From: the human T2T-CHM13v2.0 reference genome, Homo sapiens
Direction: 5' to 3' (one strand)
Length of the DNA stretch: 64,000 nt
Assembly: GCF_009914755.1 (NCBI RefSeq)
Contig: NC_060928.1
In this document: positions 29,351 through 44,692 of the stretch, in pieces
Layout: each line of letters opens with the position of its first letter
Position numbering within the stretch: position 1 is the first letter of the stretch
Notes under the pieces: generated by a model
Database searches by the model: none
The model's input: only the letters and a program-made list of their open reading frames with translations
Told to the model about the DNA's origin: nothing
Program-made: the position numbers and the translations under genes

Positions 29351-29919
29351 TTTGCTATTCCAAGAAACAGCACTCAGAACACGTCTGTTAAGGATGGCTG
29401 AGGCTCTGTGTGTCACTCAGAAAAGAGCTGGGGGCAGAGGAGCAACCCCAAGGCCTCTGCCAAAAGCAACTTGAAAGTTAAACTCGTGTTTTTGTCCAAT
29501 GGCATTGAACAAGAAATAAAAGGTCAACCGCCATTTCCTCTGGAATCTGGCTTGTGATGTGACATCCGGGAATTGGCCCAATTCGTGGGTAGAGACAAAC
29601 AAATCTTCCTCCCTACAAGCTTACATACCTACCTTTATTCTAACCTTCATCTCTACATAATCCCCATTCCTCAAAAGTTTATAAAATAATTGCCTTGTGC
29701 AAATTAGCATTGTTCAAGTGCAATCCTAAATAACACTGACGCATATTTCTATTTCTGCTATTGGTTTTTGTGACAATGATAAAGACATGCTATTTCCTGA
29801 AACAATAAGTGACCCTTTGATTTTAAAATTTGGCCTTTTTTTTTTTCCTTTTACAGACCACTTCTTATTTCATAGTGCATTACTATATTATTATTTACAA
29901 AACATTCTTTTGTAAATAA

Positions 29920-30201
<282 letters not shown>

Positions 30202-30694
30202 TACAAAACATTCTTAATCAATATTTGTTTGATTCAAAATCCTGTGAAGAATAAATTTAAGGCTCCCATAATTTCAGTCCTACATGTATTCCACTGTACA
30301 TAATTTGTTTCAAACAAAATGGAAAAATCCCCATCCCCACAAGCTCGTCACTCTTTCTAAGTGAGAATGGGTCATTTCTTCTGTATCCTTAAACAGTTCA
30401 GAGACGAAAAATCAAGGAGCATAGGAAATGAAGCCTGTCGCACAATTAGGATCCAGTTCATACTCACTGGGACTACTTGGAGAATTTTCTGAAATCCCTT
30501 GTCTCAAGCTTCACTTCTATCCCTTCATTTCTGCTGCACACCACCTAAATTGAAGTTGCCTAGATATTCATTCTGTAAATTATTCATTCTCTCTCTCTCT
30601 CAGTATGAGTAGCCTGGCAATGCCAGACAAAAAGAAAAAAAAAGTCTTCAGAAATACTATGAATGTTTTAGTACAACCAAGCAAGCACTTTGAT

Positions 30695-31130
30695 TTATTC
30701 ATTGATTCAAAAAAGATTAATTAAGTAACCTCTATCTTTCAGGCATTGTGCTAGATATTGCTTATATAGTGATTAATAGGACAGAAGTAGTCCTACTCTT
30801 GTGAGGCTTACCACTTAGTGAAAGAATAAGACATGAGAAAAACAAACACACACACACACACATATATAATTACAGATTGCAGTGATAAAAAAAGAAAAGA
30901 GGGACATCTATGATTATAACAAGGAAGCACCCAATTCATGCTGTGGGATCAGAGACAACTTCTCTAAAATAGGATATGCAATTTAAGGCCTAAGGGATGT
31001 ACAGGAGTTAGCTAGGTGAAGATTTGGGGGAAGTTATTCTAAGCAGAACATATGCAGTGTTCCTAGAACAACAAAGAGCTTGGCGCATTAAGAAATTGAG
31101 AAAGTCCAATGTGGTGGAGCTTAGTGAGCA
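30695..31130 (-). mobile_element. L2 LINE 3' fragment
   Basis: 'ttattcattgattcaa..caggcattgtgctagata..aggagttagctaggtgaag'. Confidence 0.6.
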
Positions 31131-32629
31131 GTGGGGGGAAGATCATCTAAGATGGACTCAGCATCATATAACTTCTCTGGAGTTTTGTTAAAAATCCAGA
31201 ATGTCTAACTCAAAAAAGCATTTTGCAATATATTATAATTTACAATGGAAATTTGAATTTCAAGTTCCAAGCAAAATTATACAAATAAGCATCTTCTTGG
31301 CATCAACCTGGCATCTTCCACAGTCTCCCACATACCACTCCCCTACACCCTGTCCCTGCTAAATAATGGGTACGTCTTTTAATGAAATTTTTCAAGTGGT
31401 CTAAACTTGGTAGAATGCTAACATGAAACCATTTTTTTCTCCTTTTAACCATGCTCTATACAATCTCTCTTTCCTATTTTTTAATATCCTGAGCAGATTG
31501 CATAGGCAGGGGGTTACTTTCAGTTATTAATTTCTAGCCTAGTCTAATCAAATTTTTAAAACTTCAATCTTGATCCAATTTTATGTTGTTTTTTTTTTTC
31601 CTCCAAGCACCAACCAAATTTGGCTTCAGTGATTTGGGAGAAAGGCAAAATTTGCTCATTCACTCCTCCTCGCCTGGGTTTCTTTATTCTTCAGTGTATT
31701 GGTGAGAGAGAGATGGGGCCCAAGTTCTCTAGTTTGACATAACAGACTCTTCACAGTCTAGCCCTTGCCAAGCAGAATTCGAGTATCATGGAGAAGCAGA
31801 GCATGTTTTCCCCAGTCAGGCCTAAGCTGGAACACAAGAGAAGCCTAAATTAGATAAGAATCCTAAATTATGATATTATCCTTGATTGGGATTTTTATTG
31901 GCTAAAACAAGGCCTCCTTGTGATTGAAGGAATCAGAATGCTATTACACCTGCCAAATATTTCATCCAGGAAAGGAAGAGTCAATCCAAAAGCAGGTTTA
32001 AAAGGAAAGAATAGAAAATAATTCTCTCACTACACAGTCCAGCTTGTTTGATAAAATTGCTGCACAAGTTATAATGTGTTTTGAAGCAGATATAAAAAAA
32101 GAGCTATAAAGTCAACAGAGAGCTGAAATTACATAGAAAGTGAAAGCCATCTGTTGACTATATCAAGTCTAGTTAAAATCCCTAGTCTGCTCAGGGCTTG
32201 TATGAAATAAATAAATTAGGTAGTACAATTATCTGGACAAGTCATGAGACCCTCCCCCAACAAAAAAATGTGTTACACTTATTCCTCTTTATTTTATACT
32301 TTTCTGTTAAAAACTTAACAGTTATAATTTTTTTTTACTTTTTGCTTTTGTAATTTCTAAAAGCCTCAGCAGATCCTGGAGAGTATGAGATTAACTTTAA
32401 AAGCAAAAGTTATTCTATGTTATGGAAAGACACACATGACCAGTATATGAAGTGGTCGTGTCCAGTAAGCCTGACTAAGCTCTACAAGCCTTATTTTTTC
32501 TATGTACTGTCTGTTTTCTATTGCTCCCCAAAAGCAAGACAAGCAAACTTGTCTATCTTTTAGAAGGTCCTTTACAATACATTTTATAATTTAAATCTCC
32601 TTCATTTTTAGAAAAAAAATATGTACATA

Positions 32630-32931
<302 letters not shown>

Positions 32932-32989
32932 TAAATCCCCTCTAAAGAGATATATGTTCTTTTTTTCATGGTCAGAAATTCTCTTATCA

Positions 32990-33470
32990 AGAGAGATATA
33001 AGACCTATATCCCCTCCTCAAAATCTGGGTGGGTTTGTGACTCACCTTTAACCAACAGAAAGCAGCACAAGTGGCATTTCATGACTTCCCAGTATAGGTC
33101 AGAAAAGACAATGCAGCTTCCGTTTTATATATTGAGATACTCACTTTTGGAGCCCTGGCTCCCCTGAGGTTGCCATACTTTGAGGAAGCCCAGGTGACAA
33201 TAAGAGGCCATTTGTAAGTATTTCAACTGACACTTCTACTAATGTCCTAGCTGACAAATAACATTAACCACCACATAAGTGAGTGAAGATACCTCCAGAT
33301 GATTCCAGCACCCAGCCCCTGAGTCATCCCCAGGCCTCATATCTCCTCAGCTGAGACCCCAGACTATGAGCAGAGATGAGCCAGTTGAACTAGGCCTTGT
33401 CCAAATTCCTGATCCACAGAATCCATGGGCACAATAAAATATTTATTATAAGCTGCTAATTCTAAGACAA
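32990..33470 (+). mobile_element. MLT1 (F/G/H-like) LTR
   Basis: 'gtgagtgaagatacctccagatgattccagc..ccaaattcctgatccacagaatccatggg..aataaaa..taagctgctaa'. Confidence 0.7.
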
Positions 33471-33569
33471 TAGAAATTTTGCAAAATATTGACTGGCCTG
33501 GCTAATTTCTAGAATTCATAAGCTCTACCAGTCTCTTTATCCAACAGGTCAAATATTCCCATATATATC

Positions 33570-34270
<701 letters not shown>

Positions 34271-34761
34271 TAGCATCCAAGCTAGGGCCAGCAGGCAGGG
34301 AGGAGTCTCAGGGGCCAGAAACAGATGGAAGTTAGAAGGAAGCAAATATTATAGAGTCTCATTATCTATTGTTGGAACTAGACCAATGTGTGAGTATCAT
34401 CTACAGTACAGTTGCACCAAGTGGTCTGCTAACTGCTTATTCCTGCTATAGTCAGGATCTTACTAAAGCAGCCATTCTATCCTTAACCAGTTCTGTTAGC
34501 AACTCAATTAGTAAGTCAAAATCATGTGTGGGATCAAACACACTGGGCTTAATCTACTTCACATAGGATGGTCACTTATATATTCTCAAATAGCTGTCTG
34601 CCTCTCCTGAGTATTTAGCAAAAGAAACATGCTCAGGCTCTTGCAAACATTCCTTAAATTATGTTATCCTATGTCCTTTGAGCACCATGCTTATTCTTTT
34701 CTGAATTTGAGTCCATTTATGCCAAAACAAGAAATAAATTTCCTATAATAAAAACTGTCTA

Positions 34762-35060
<299 letters not shown>

Positions 35061-35899
35061 AAAACTGTCTAGCACTACCATTGGCTACTTTCTAAGATGG
35101 TGAGTTTACTCTTACTGAAAAGAGTTTTGAAGACTCATTCAAGGATGTTATAGAGAAATTACTAAATCAAAGAAGAAATTACGCTGGCTGTCCCTAAAGT
35201 CACCTTTCCGTTACATGATCTTATAAAAATGTAGACACCTGAGACTCAGTTATATTCTCTCATGAACTGCATAATAAATGAAGGACAAAAGGGGCACACA
35301 ATGAAAACTTTAATGATGCTATATTTTAGTAAGCCTTCACAGAAGAAGAAACCTCCAGAAAAAAAAAAAAGAGCATTCTGAATAAGACACAAGCTAGTTG
35401 TTTATCATAGCATCTCACTTACCTTCCACTTAGATAAGCTAGGTCTTTACTTAATCCTATGGCCACAGATGCTCATGAAAATATTTCTAAAAAAGCGTTT
35501 TATGAAATTAGATGTACCTGCCTGATGCTTTATATCAATATTGAAATAAGAAAGCTCATAGGAAGATTTCTTTCATATGGTTAGCCTTATGACATTTTCA
35601 CACAAACCTGTCTACAGGTCAATCTGAAATATGGTTCCTTTTATTATAACCTATTCAAACAAAGATTTTATCCTTGAATAAATAATAGAAATGTCAAAAG
35701 AAGGTTTTCTGTGCCTGACCCAATGCGCAACTAGGTTGCATTTCCCAGCTGTCCATCTTCCTGCTATTTTCTTTGGCAATGCTGCTGAGCAAGAAAACTT
35801 GTCTACAGACTGGGAATTCCTAAGACTCTCATATATAGGGAACTCCTACAAATTAGTAAGAAAAAAATCAGACACCCCAGTAGAAAAATGGACAAATCT

Positions 35900-36079
35900 C
35901 CATGTGAGGACACAAAGAAAGCACCATCTATGAGAAACAGGCCCTCTCCAGACACCAAATCTGCCGGCACCTTGATCTTAGACTTTCTAGCCTCCAGAAC
36001 TGTGAGTCATACTTTTCTATTGTTTATAAATTACACAGTCCAACGTATTCTGTTATAGCAGCCCAAAGGAACTAAGACA
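35900..36079 (+). mobile_element. 3' half of a MaLR LTR (MLT1A/MSTD-like)
   Basis: 'ccagacaccaaatctgccggcaccttgatcttagactttctagcctccagaactgtgag..gttatagcagcccaaaggaactaagaca'. Confidence 0.85.
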
Positions 36080-36104
36080 ATTGGTAAGAGCTAATACCTG
36101 GAAA

Positions 36105-36720
36105 CTACATATGCTGGTTTTCTAGTTACTGTTTCTCAGCTCCAAAACTGTCATTCTGTACTCTGCTTTGTAAGGTTGAGGCTGGAATTCTGCAACCATA
36201 TTTCTACTTTGCCAGACAAATCTATGTTAGGTTCTACCAAGGGAGGTGCTAAAGAGAGACTGGAAGGGTTGCAGAGGGAGAAGGAACTAGATTCCTTCCT
36301 GTTTTGCTTTCTGTTTCTGTCAGCATCATTACAACAATGGTTCTTCACTCTGGCATTGGCAATTGGTTGTGGTGTTCAGTTTTTCCCACACTCTCACAGC
36401 CAGTCTCCTCATCCCACTCAGAGGAATCTGTACCATCTGGGATCCTCAGGGACCCCCTTTACAAGGTCCCAAGGCATCAGCACCCCCTGAGCCACAACCC
36501 CTCTTCAGAGATCTTGATTCCATCTCCACAGAACTTCTCCTCTAAACTTCTAGGTTCTAATGATCTTTTCCCCTTTGTCCACAAGCCTTACAGGTGCTTC
36601 CTGCAGTTATTGTCTTTGTATTATCTTAGTGTTTCCTTTTCCCTTTTCAGTCCTCCAACACCTATTTAGCCAATTCTTTATATTAATTTTTTTCTTTAAA
36701 ATAATTGGTACGTTTATAGT
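36105..36720 (+). mobile_element. ERVL-class solo LTR (LTR33/LTR41-like, tentative)
   Basis: 'ctctgctttgtaaggttgaggctggaattctgcaac..', pyrimidine-rich 3' part ending 'ccaattctttatattaa'. Confidence 0.45.
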
Positions 36721-36721
36721 C

Positions 36722-37130
36722 CATCAACAGTAGAATAAAGTATAAAATATTCTCAATGTGGAATAATATACAAAAATGAGAATAAATGATCTACTATGCC
36801 TAATGACATGGATAACTCTCATAAACAATGATGAGCGAAAAGAAGCCAAACACAAAAACAGTATATAATGTATGATTTTCTTAATATAAAATATAAAAAC
36901 AGGTAAAACTGATGTACAATGTTTAGAAGTCAAGACAGTTACTCTTGTTGGGGAAGGTGGGAGGGTTGGTTAGTGGCTTCAGTGCTCAGGAGGGCTTCTG
37001 CAATGCTGATAATATTCTGTGTCTTGGTCTGGATTTCATGACACAGAAGTGTCCAGTTTGTGAAAATTCATTCAGTTTTGCAAGTACAATTTGATTGATT
37101 TTCTGTTTATCATACTACCAAAAAATATTT
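36722..37130 (+). mobile_element. Old L1M 3'UTR fragment
   Basis: 'catggataactctcataaacaatgatgagcgaaaagaagccaaacacaaaaacagtatataatgtatgatt..tttgtgaaaattcatt'. Confidence 0.8.
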
Positions 37131-37697
37131 AAATAATAATGCAGCAGCTATAAGTTGTAAACTAATGTTTGCAGTCAAACTGGATATTGACAGTAACTTT
37201 ACATCATAAAAACATTTTTATAAATTCAAAAAAGTGAAAGAATCATGAGTAATTTATATTTTAAAAAATTAAAATGTTTTAAAAATAAAATATTATACAA
37301 AAATAAGCACAGTACTTTCTCTTAGCACTCTTTTACTTAGTGCCTCACATTTGTTTTTACACTCATGTCATTTCTTTTATAAACTATAATGTGCCAACTA
37401 AAACATGTCAAACCTGTAGTGCACCCAAGCTAGTTTTATCACCACAGTTTTATAAGGATATGAGAAAACTGGAGATAATTTAAGAAATAAATCATAAATT
37501 TATTCTTGAAAACCTGTCAACACTTTGGTTCTTGATTCCTATCTTCCCTTTCAGAATATAGGCCCTAATATCTACTAAAAATCTACAGTATGCTTTTTAT
37601 CCACTTTAATTTTAGCTTTTAATATTCTTTTCCAATACTCCACCTGCTTGACTGTACTCGGTACTTCTTCAGTCTCCCAGATGCATTCACTCTATTG

Positions 37698-37917
37698 TAC
37701 TGGACTGTTTTGAGGTTTGTTTGTTTTTGTGTTTTCCTATGGCAATTCATTCTGGATACCATAATATCATTGCAGGCCAGATTTTCCCACAGCGTTTCCA
37801 TACTGGACTGAACTGTTTTTGTGGGCTTTTTGTTGTTTGTTTTTTTTTTTTTTCTGTGGCAATTCCTCCTGGATACCATGATCTGATTGCAGGCCAGATT
37901 TTCCCACAGCATTTCCT
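37698..37917. repeat. Diverged two-copy tandem duplication (~102 and ~117 bp units)
   Basis: Both units contain tactggactg..tggcaattc..ctggataccat..attgcaggccagattttcccacagc(g/a)tttcc. Confidence 0.9.
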
Positions 37918-38465
37918 GAAGGGTCATCCATTCAGTACCTTCCCTGTGACCATTTCCAAGTCCTGGCCCTTCCTGATCTTCCAGGTCCTGCCCTCTCATG
38001 TGATTTAAAAAAAAACAAAAAAACAAAAAAAAACTTCCAGAATAGAATGTTCACAAATTGAACACACCTGTAAAATAGGAAGCCAGATCAAGATACAGAA
38101 TATTACCAGTGCACATGATGGGGTAGTTCACACAAAGACTGCATGAGAATCTATGAAAATTATTTATTCATTCAATAGATATTTACAGTGTGTCTACAAT
38201 ACCAGTCACTCTTCCAGGTCCTAATGCTACCCTGGAAATTCATAAGACCAAATTTTCAGTTCTGACTCTGCTACTTTCTAACTATTTGATCTTGAATACA
38301 TTACTTAACCTTTCTGAGCATCAATTTCTTTATACATAAAAATGCAGTAAAACATTTCTAAAATGTCGTAATCACCAAAGGAAAATCAAAAAAGCCTTAT
38401 GGAGAAAATACAGGTTGTGGTGAGAAAGGCACAGACAATTCTAGTTAGCACAGTTAATTGAACAT

Positions 38466-38818
38466 TGTATTAGCCTGTTCTCATGCTGCTATAAATAACT
38501 TCCTGAATCTGGGTAATTTATAAAGAAAAGAGGTTTAACTGACTCACAGTTCTGCATGGCTGGGGAGGCCTCAGGAAACCTACAATCATGGCGGAAGGCA
38601 CGTCTTCAGAGGGTGGCAGCAGAATGAGTGCCGGCAGGGGAAACGCCAGACACTTATAAAACCATCAAATCTCGTGAGAACTCACTCACTATCACGAGAA
38701 CAGCACAGGGGAAACCACCCCCATGATTCAATTACATCCCACCAGGTCCCTCCCATGACATGTGGGGATTGTTACAATTCAAGGTGAGATTTGGTGGGGA
38801 CACAGCCAAACCAGATCG
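38466..38818 (-). mobile_element. THE1 (C/D-like) solo LTR
   Basis: 'tgtattagcctgttctcatgctgct..gggacacagccaaaccagatcg'; perfect 5-bp TSD aacat. Confidence 0.92.
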
Positions 38819-39947
38819 AACATCTATTTCTTCTGTTTTCACAAATCCCACAAAAATGGAGAAAAAAGGAGAAGGGTTAAAAGGCGGTAAAGTACATGAA
38901 AAAAAGATAAATGGACAATAGCAGGTGAGAAATATCTCAACAAATTTAGTGGAAAAGAAGATGGAGCAGAAGTAATTAATTTAGCAGTGTAACCTCAGGG
39001 TCCACAGAGGGAGAAACTAGTAAAGCTAGCCAATGTGTTATCTGGAGGCTTGGGGCTAGAACAGCAGAGTTCCTATGGGAAGTAGGGGTGAGGCTCAAGC
39101 TGAAATCAGGGCCTAGTTGAAAGACTGTACAGTCTGTTTGTTTATGAAGCAGCTGGAAGTCTAGGCCCCTTTCCCACTTCACCTCACCCATCAAGGACCA
39201 GAAATTCACTCAGAGAAACCCTGAACTCCTGAAACCAAACATAGTGTGGCAGATGGAAGACTGAAAATAGGGGGTGGGGGATTAAGTGAAAATCTGGATG
39301 CTGAAACTAAGACTTTCAGCTGCTTTTTCTACTCTACATTCAGAACAATAGCAGCCAGACTTACACACCGACTCTGTCACATTTGCCCCTCCATCCCCAA
39401 TTCATATTTAAGTACATTGAAAGGATTCTTGAGAAGCGTGTGACAGAGATATCATAAGATCTGGAAAATCAGCAAGAAGATCTTAGCAAACTTGGCAAAT
39501 GAAAAGGGAGAATTATTAACTGCAGGGAAAAGTATTATATGAGAAAGAGGTGTGGTGTAGTGCACAACATGGCTAAACATTGCGTAACATTTGCACAGTC
39601 ATGATAATGTAAACACTGAGTATTGGTTTAGCCAAAAATGCTAATGTAACTACATCAGGGGATAGGGGAAGGAAACTGATGGAACACAGGAGTTTTCTAG
39701 GTATTATTGTTTGGCCTTCAACATACATTCGCACTCTTTCCACATACCCCCTTAATTACAAAGGCTGGGAAGCTAAAAATGACCACATTTCCCAAAAGGT
39801 CCTGCAGCTACAGTTCTGGACACAATTTAAGTTCTCTCATAAGATGCACTCATTTGAGATTTGGAAGGCAGAAGTGAGGCAAAGGCCATTTTCTTGTGAC
39901 TGAGGCAGCTGGTAAACAAGATTAGACAGATAAGAATGTTTGCAGTA

Positions 39948-40233
39948 GGCCAGGCACAGTGGCTCACGCCTGTAATCCCAGCACTTTGAGAGGCTGAGGC
40001 AGATGGATCACCTGAGCTCAGGAGTTTGAGACCAGCTTGTCTAACTTGATGAAACCCCGTCTCTACTACTAAAAATACAAAATTAGCCAGTCATGGTGGT
40101 AGGTGCCTGTAATCCCATCTACTCAGGAGGCTGAAGCAGGAGAATCGCTTGAACCCAGGAGGTGGAGGTTGCACTCCATTCTGGGTGGCAGAGCAAGATG
40201 CAGTCTTTAAAAAAAAAAAAGAAGAAGAAGAAG
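39948..40233 (+). mobile_element. Alu (AluS-like) with an internal deletion and a (GAA)n tail
   Basis: 16-bp perfect TSD aagaatgtttgcagta (39932-39947 / 40234-40249); appears to lie inside an old LTR-like stretch at ~39690-40515. Confidence 0.95.
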
Positions 40234-40820
40234 AAGAATGTTTGCAGTAGGCAGACTTCACATCCTAATGTGTCTTCATGGATGTGGGGCATTAGCAGAG
40301 GTGACAACAGCAGCCACCTGACCTCTGTATCAACCCTACTCTACATGGTATGCCACTGAACCCAATAGTCCTGCAACAGCCTTTGCCTCCCACTCAGTTT
40401 TTCCCTGCCCCATCCCCTACTCCCAACAATTTAGTAATCACTGCACTGAATTGGTAATTCCCTGTACTGAATTACTAGAATGGTTGCATTTCCCCAAATT
40501 AAACACACACTAATACAGGGGAAAAAAACTAAGTCCCAAATGACAAATTGAGAAGTTGCAATATGAGGACATTATTTAGAAATCTAGAATTTCAGGAAAA
40601 TTAGCTAGCAGAGTGGGGGTGATAAACCTTGGAGAGCAGGTCTGGGAATAGATAGAAGTTAAAGTAACTTATAAATTATACCGCAGATATCCTAAAAGCA
40701 TAACTTGAATCTGACTTCATCAATACAATCTTATTGCTGTAAGATTAAGAATAATATCACCAGAGGGTAGTTTTAAACACACATACATATGCCGATTCTC
40801 TTCTTCAAAAGCTCTTCTTG

Positions 40821-41113
40821 GGCCTTGCATGGGGGCTCACACCTGTAGTCCCAACACTTTAGGAGGCTAAGGCAGGAGGATCCTTTTAGCCCAGCAGTTC
40901 AAGATCAGCCTGGGCAACATAGGGAGACCCCCATGTCTACAAAACACAAAAAAATTAGCCAGGCATGGTGGTGTGCACCTGTGGTCTCAGCTAGTTGGTA
41001 GGCTGAGGTGGGAGGATCTCTTGAGCCCTAGAGTTTAGGCTGCAGTGGGCTGTGATTGCACCACTATACTCCAGCCTGGGCAACAGAGCAAGACCCTATC
41101 TCAAAAAAAAAAG
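40821..41113 (+). mobile_element. AluJ-like
   Basis: 'gagcccagcagttcaagatcagcctgggcaacatag'-type AluJ motifs; TSD aaaagctcttcttg / aaaagtttttcttg. Confidence 0.93.
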
Positions 41114-41642
41114 AAAAGTTTTTCTTGTGTCAGGTTTATAGTATTAGCATAGCCTAAGGAAGAAGTATATTCAAGCCTTTCATTGAATTCCAAAAAAAAA
41201 TCAGTATATATTAATACAAACAGAACATTTTGATGCTTTCTTTTAAACCCATATATTCAGGCAGTCTAACTCTGTCCCAGATTTCTAAGAAGTATCAGGA
41301 AGCCTAAGTCTCTGTGATTACTTTTGGCTCTGCTTCTACTAATGACCATTTAGCATTTGCTAACTCTCGTCAGCCTGAATAGATTCACACAAGGAGCTCA
41401 TCTCCTGTTCTTGCATTCTCCATCTACCTCTTAACCACAATGGGAAAGACTGATGCACATCCTTTTACACAAGCTTTCCAGAGAAGCTGACTTTGCTGAA
41501 GTTTGGGGACGGTGGAGAGAATTTACTTCAGAGAAACAGAAATATCTATAAAATAACATTTTAATTTGCTGTTTCTACAAAGTCTTGTAATCATTTCTGT
41601 AACCTGGCCGACAAACTCCTGCCCTGCTGTTCAGGTGTCTAG

Positions 41643-42006
<364 letters not shown>

Positions 42007-42814
42007 CCTTAAAAAGTCCTATTTTCTTACACAGAAAGATTGAAGTCACTGCAACCTTCTTCAAACCCATCTCAAGGCCTCCCAGTACAGAGTTGAAGAG
42101 CCAGAATAAACTTTGAAATTATGGCTGCCGGGTCAGCCACAGCACATTTTCAGAACACAGCCAAATCTTTCCCCATTTTTAGTCACAAGGTAGATTGTAA
42201 GGAGAGAGGCGTTAATTCAAATTGCATGAAGAATGACTTCCTGATTATCAGAACAATCAAATAATAAAAGCAGTGCCCAGAGAAAATTATAATGTGCCAC
42301 AGTTGAAAATAATGCCAAAAGGTAAATAACAATCTACCTAGATAAAGTACGTAGAATAAGATTATATTTTAAAAATCCAAAGTCATCCTTGATAATAAAT
42401 TTCTTACTTTGTGTGTGTGTGCATGCATTTCCATGTGTTTTTATTTAGTTATGTTTTTATATCATTAAAACTTTTTCCACTTTGGCAAGCATATTACTGG
42501 TAATGTCTCCCAATTTTCTTTGTGATCGTTAATTTCCACATAAGCAGTCATCAAATTGTAACATAACTCTAAAATCTTTTCATTCAGTAGGTTAGATTCT
42601 AAAACTGAGGAAAAGATTAAATATCTTGTTCCTTAGAAAAGTATGCATATTCAATGTTTCTGACCCACTCATCGAAGTTTGAAGAGTGCAGATGAAAGAA
42701 GCTGAAAAGGTTAAACCCCTGAATGCTTATTACTTTTACTTATTAATGAGAAATACATAAGTGAATTTGTGACTTTCACGCTGTTTGAAACAGCCTTATT
42801 AAAGAGCCATAATT

Positions 42815-43344
42815 TGTGTGTGTGTGTGCGTGTGCATGTTGGTATGCACCAAAGTTTTATGTGTTCATTTCTTGCATTTGAAGTACTCTTTGATGACATC
42901 CTTGGCCTGACACTCCTTGCCAGCGTCCTTAACTTCTACACAACTGCCACCAACCACTTTACAACCACTTTCCCCTCTCTGTCAGTTTCGCAGAGGCCTG
43001 CTTATTGCTCTAGTTTCTTGTCATCAACCTTAAGTCGGTTGGTTCGGTGTTCAGCGCAAAAGGCCTCCACCAACTTGACATACACAGGCTCATCACAGTT
43101 GGATGCAAGCACACAAAGATGGGCTTGGCACTTGTCTAAGGCTTTGGCAGCTTCAAGAATTCCACATGCTGGGCCATCATGGACGAGGGCGGTCTTCAGC
43201 ACTTCTTGTAAAGCAGTATTAACTTCCATTATACCTCCAGCAGTAATGCCTTCCTCGGCCATGGCTGTGGCTTACCTGTGAGGCTGAATCTTAAATGCAC
43301 CTGGGCCTCAACTTCCACGCGACTAGGTGGTGGCAGGGTAAGAA
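42815..43344 (-). pseudogene. RPS12P: Full-length processed pseudogene of 40S ribosomal protein S12 (eS12; parent gene RPS12)
   Basis: ATG at 43262: [44 protein letters not shown]..; premature TAA at 43004-43002, later frameshift, ends ..EYFKCKK* (stop 42867-42865); intronless; 5'UTR retained back to a pyrimidine-rich start. Confidence 0.96.
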
Positions 43345-44141
43345 ATGGCATAATTTACATATCTTGAAATTTGTTCAACGTAAGTATACAATGATTTCTT
43401 GTAAATTTATGGAGTTGTGTAGCAACCACTATTCACTTAAAAATATTTTCATCACTCCAAAAAAGTCCCTGGTGGCTATTTGCAATCACTTACATTCTTA
43501 CTCTCAGGTCCAGGCAAAAATTGATTTTTTTTTTTTGTCACTATAAGTTTGCCGTTTTCTTAAGGTTTCTTGTAAATGAAATTATACAAGATAGTCTTCT
43601 ATGTCTGGCTTCTTTCACTTAACATAATGTTTTAGGGTTCATCCATGTTGTAGCATGTATCAATAGCCATTTTTTTATTGCTGAATAGTATTCCACTGTG
43701 TAGATAATATCTCACATTTTATTTATCCACTCATTAGTTTATGAACATCTGGATTGTTTCCATCTGGCTATTACACATAATGAACATTCATGTGCAAATT
43801 TTGTGTGGGTACATGTTTCCAGTTCTCTCGGATATATATCTAGGAGTGGAATTTCTGGATTAAAGATTCTATATTTACCTTTTTGAGGAACTGCCAAACT
43901 GTTTTCCATAGTGCTTGCACTATTTTTGCATTCCCAACCAGCAACGTATGAAATTTCCAATTTCTACACACATCTTAGCAAAAACTTGATATTATCAGTC
44001 TTTTTATTATAGCCATTTTAGTAGGTATGTAATAATAGCATGTAGTTTTATTTTGCATTTCCCTAATGATTAATGGTGTTAAGCATTTCTTCTTGAGATT
44101 ATTAGCCATTTTGTATTTTCTTTGTTAAATGTTTATTCAGA

Positions 44142-44535
<394 letters not shown>

Positions 44536-44692
44536 TTTGTTTCATTTTGTTTTGTTTTTTGTTTTTTTTTTTAAGAGACATGAGGTCTTGCTCTGTTACC
44601 CAGGCTGATCTCAAACTCCTGGGCCCCAGCAATTCTCCCACCTTAGCCTCCCAAAGTGCTGGGATTACAGGCATGAGCTACCACACCCAGCT
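44536..44692 (-). mobile_element. Alu monomer (FLAM / AluJ left arm)
   Basis: T-rich tail followed by a single antisense Alu arm. Confidence 0.85.

Noticed and set aside
37698-37917. Repeat-spacer structure resembling CRISPR or another array system
   Set aside because: Only two units with related intervening sequence, in primate DNA with no associated genes; a simple tandem duplication
42769-43281. 170-aa plus-strand ORF
   Set aside because: Antisense shadow of the RPS12 pseudogene plus the microsatellite
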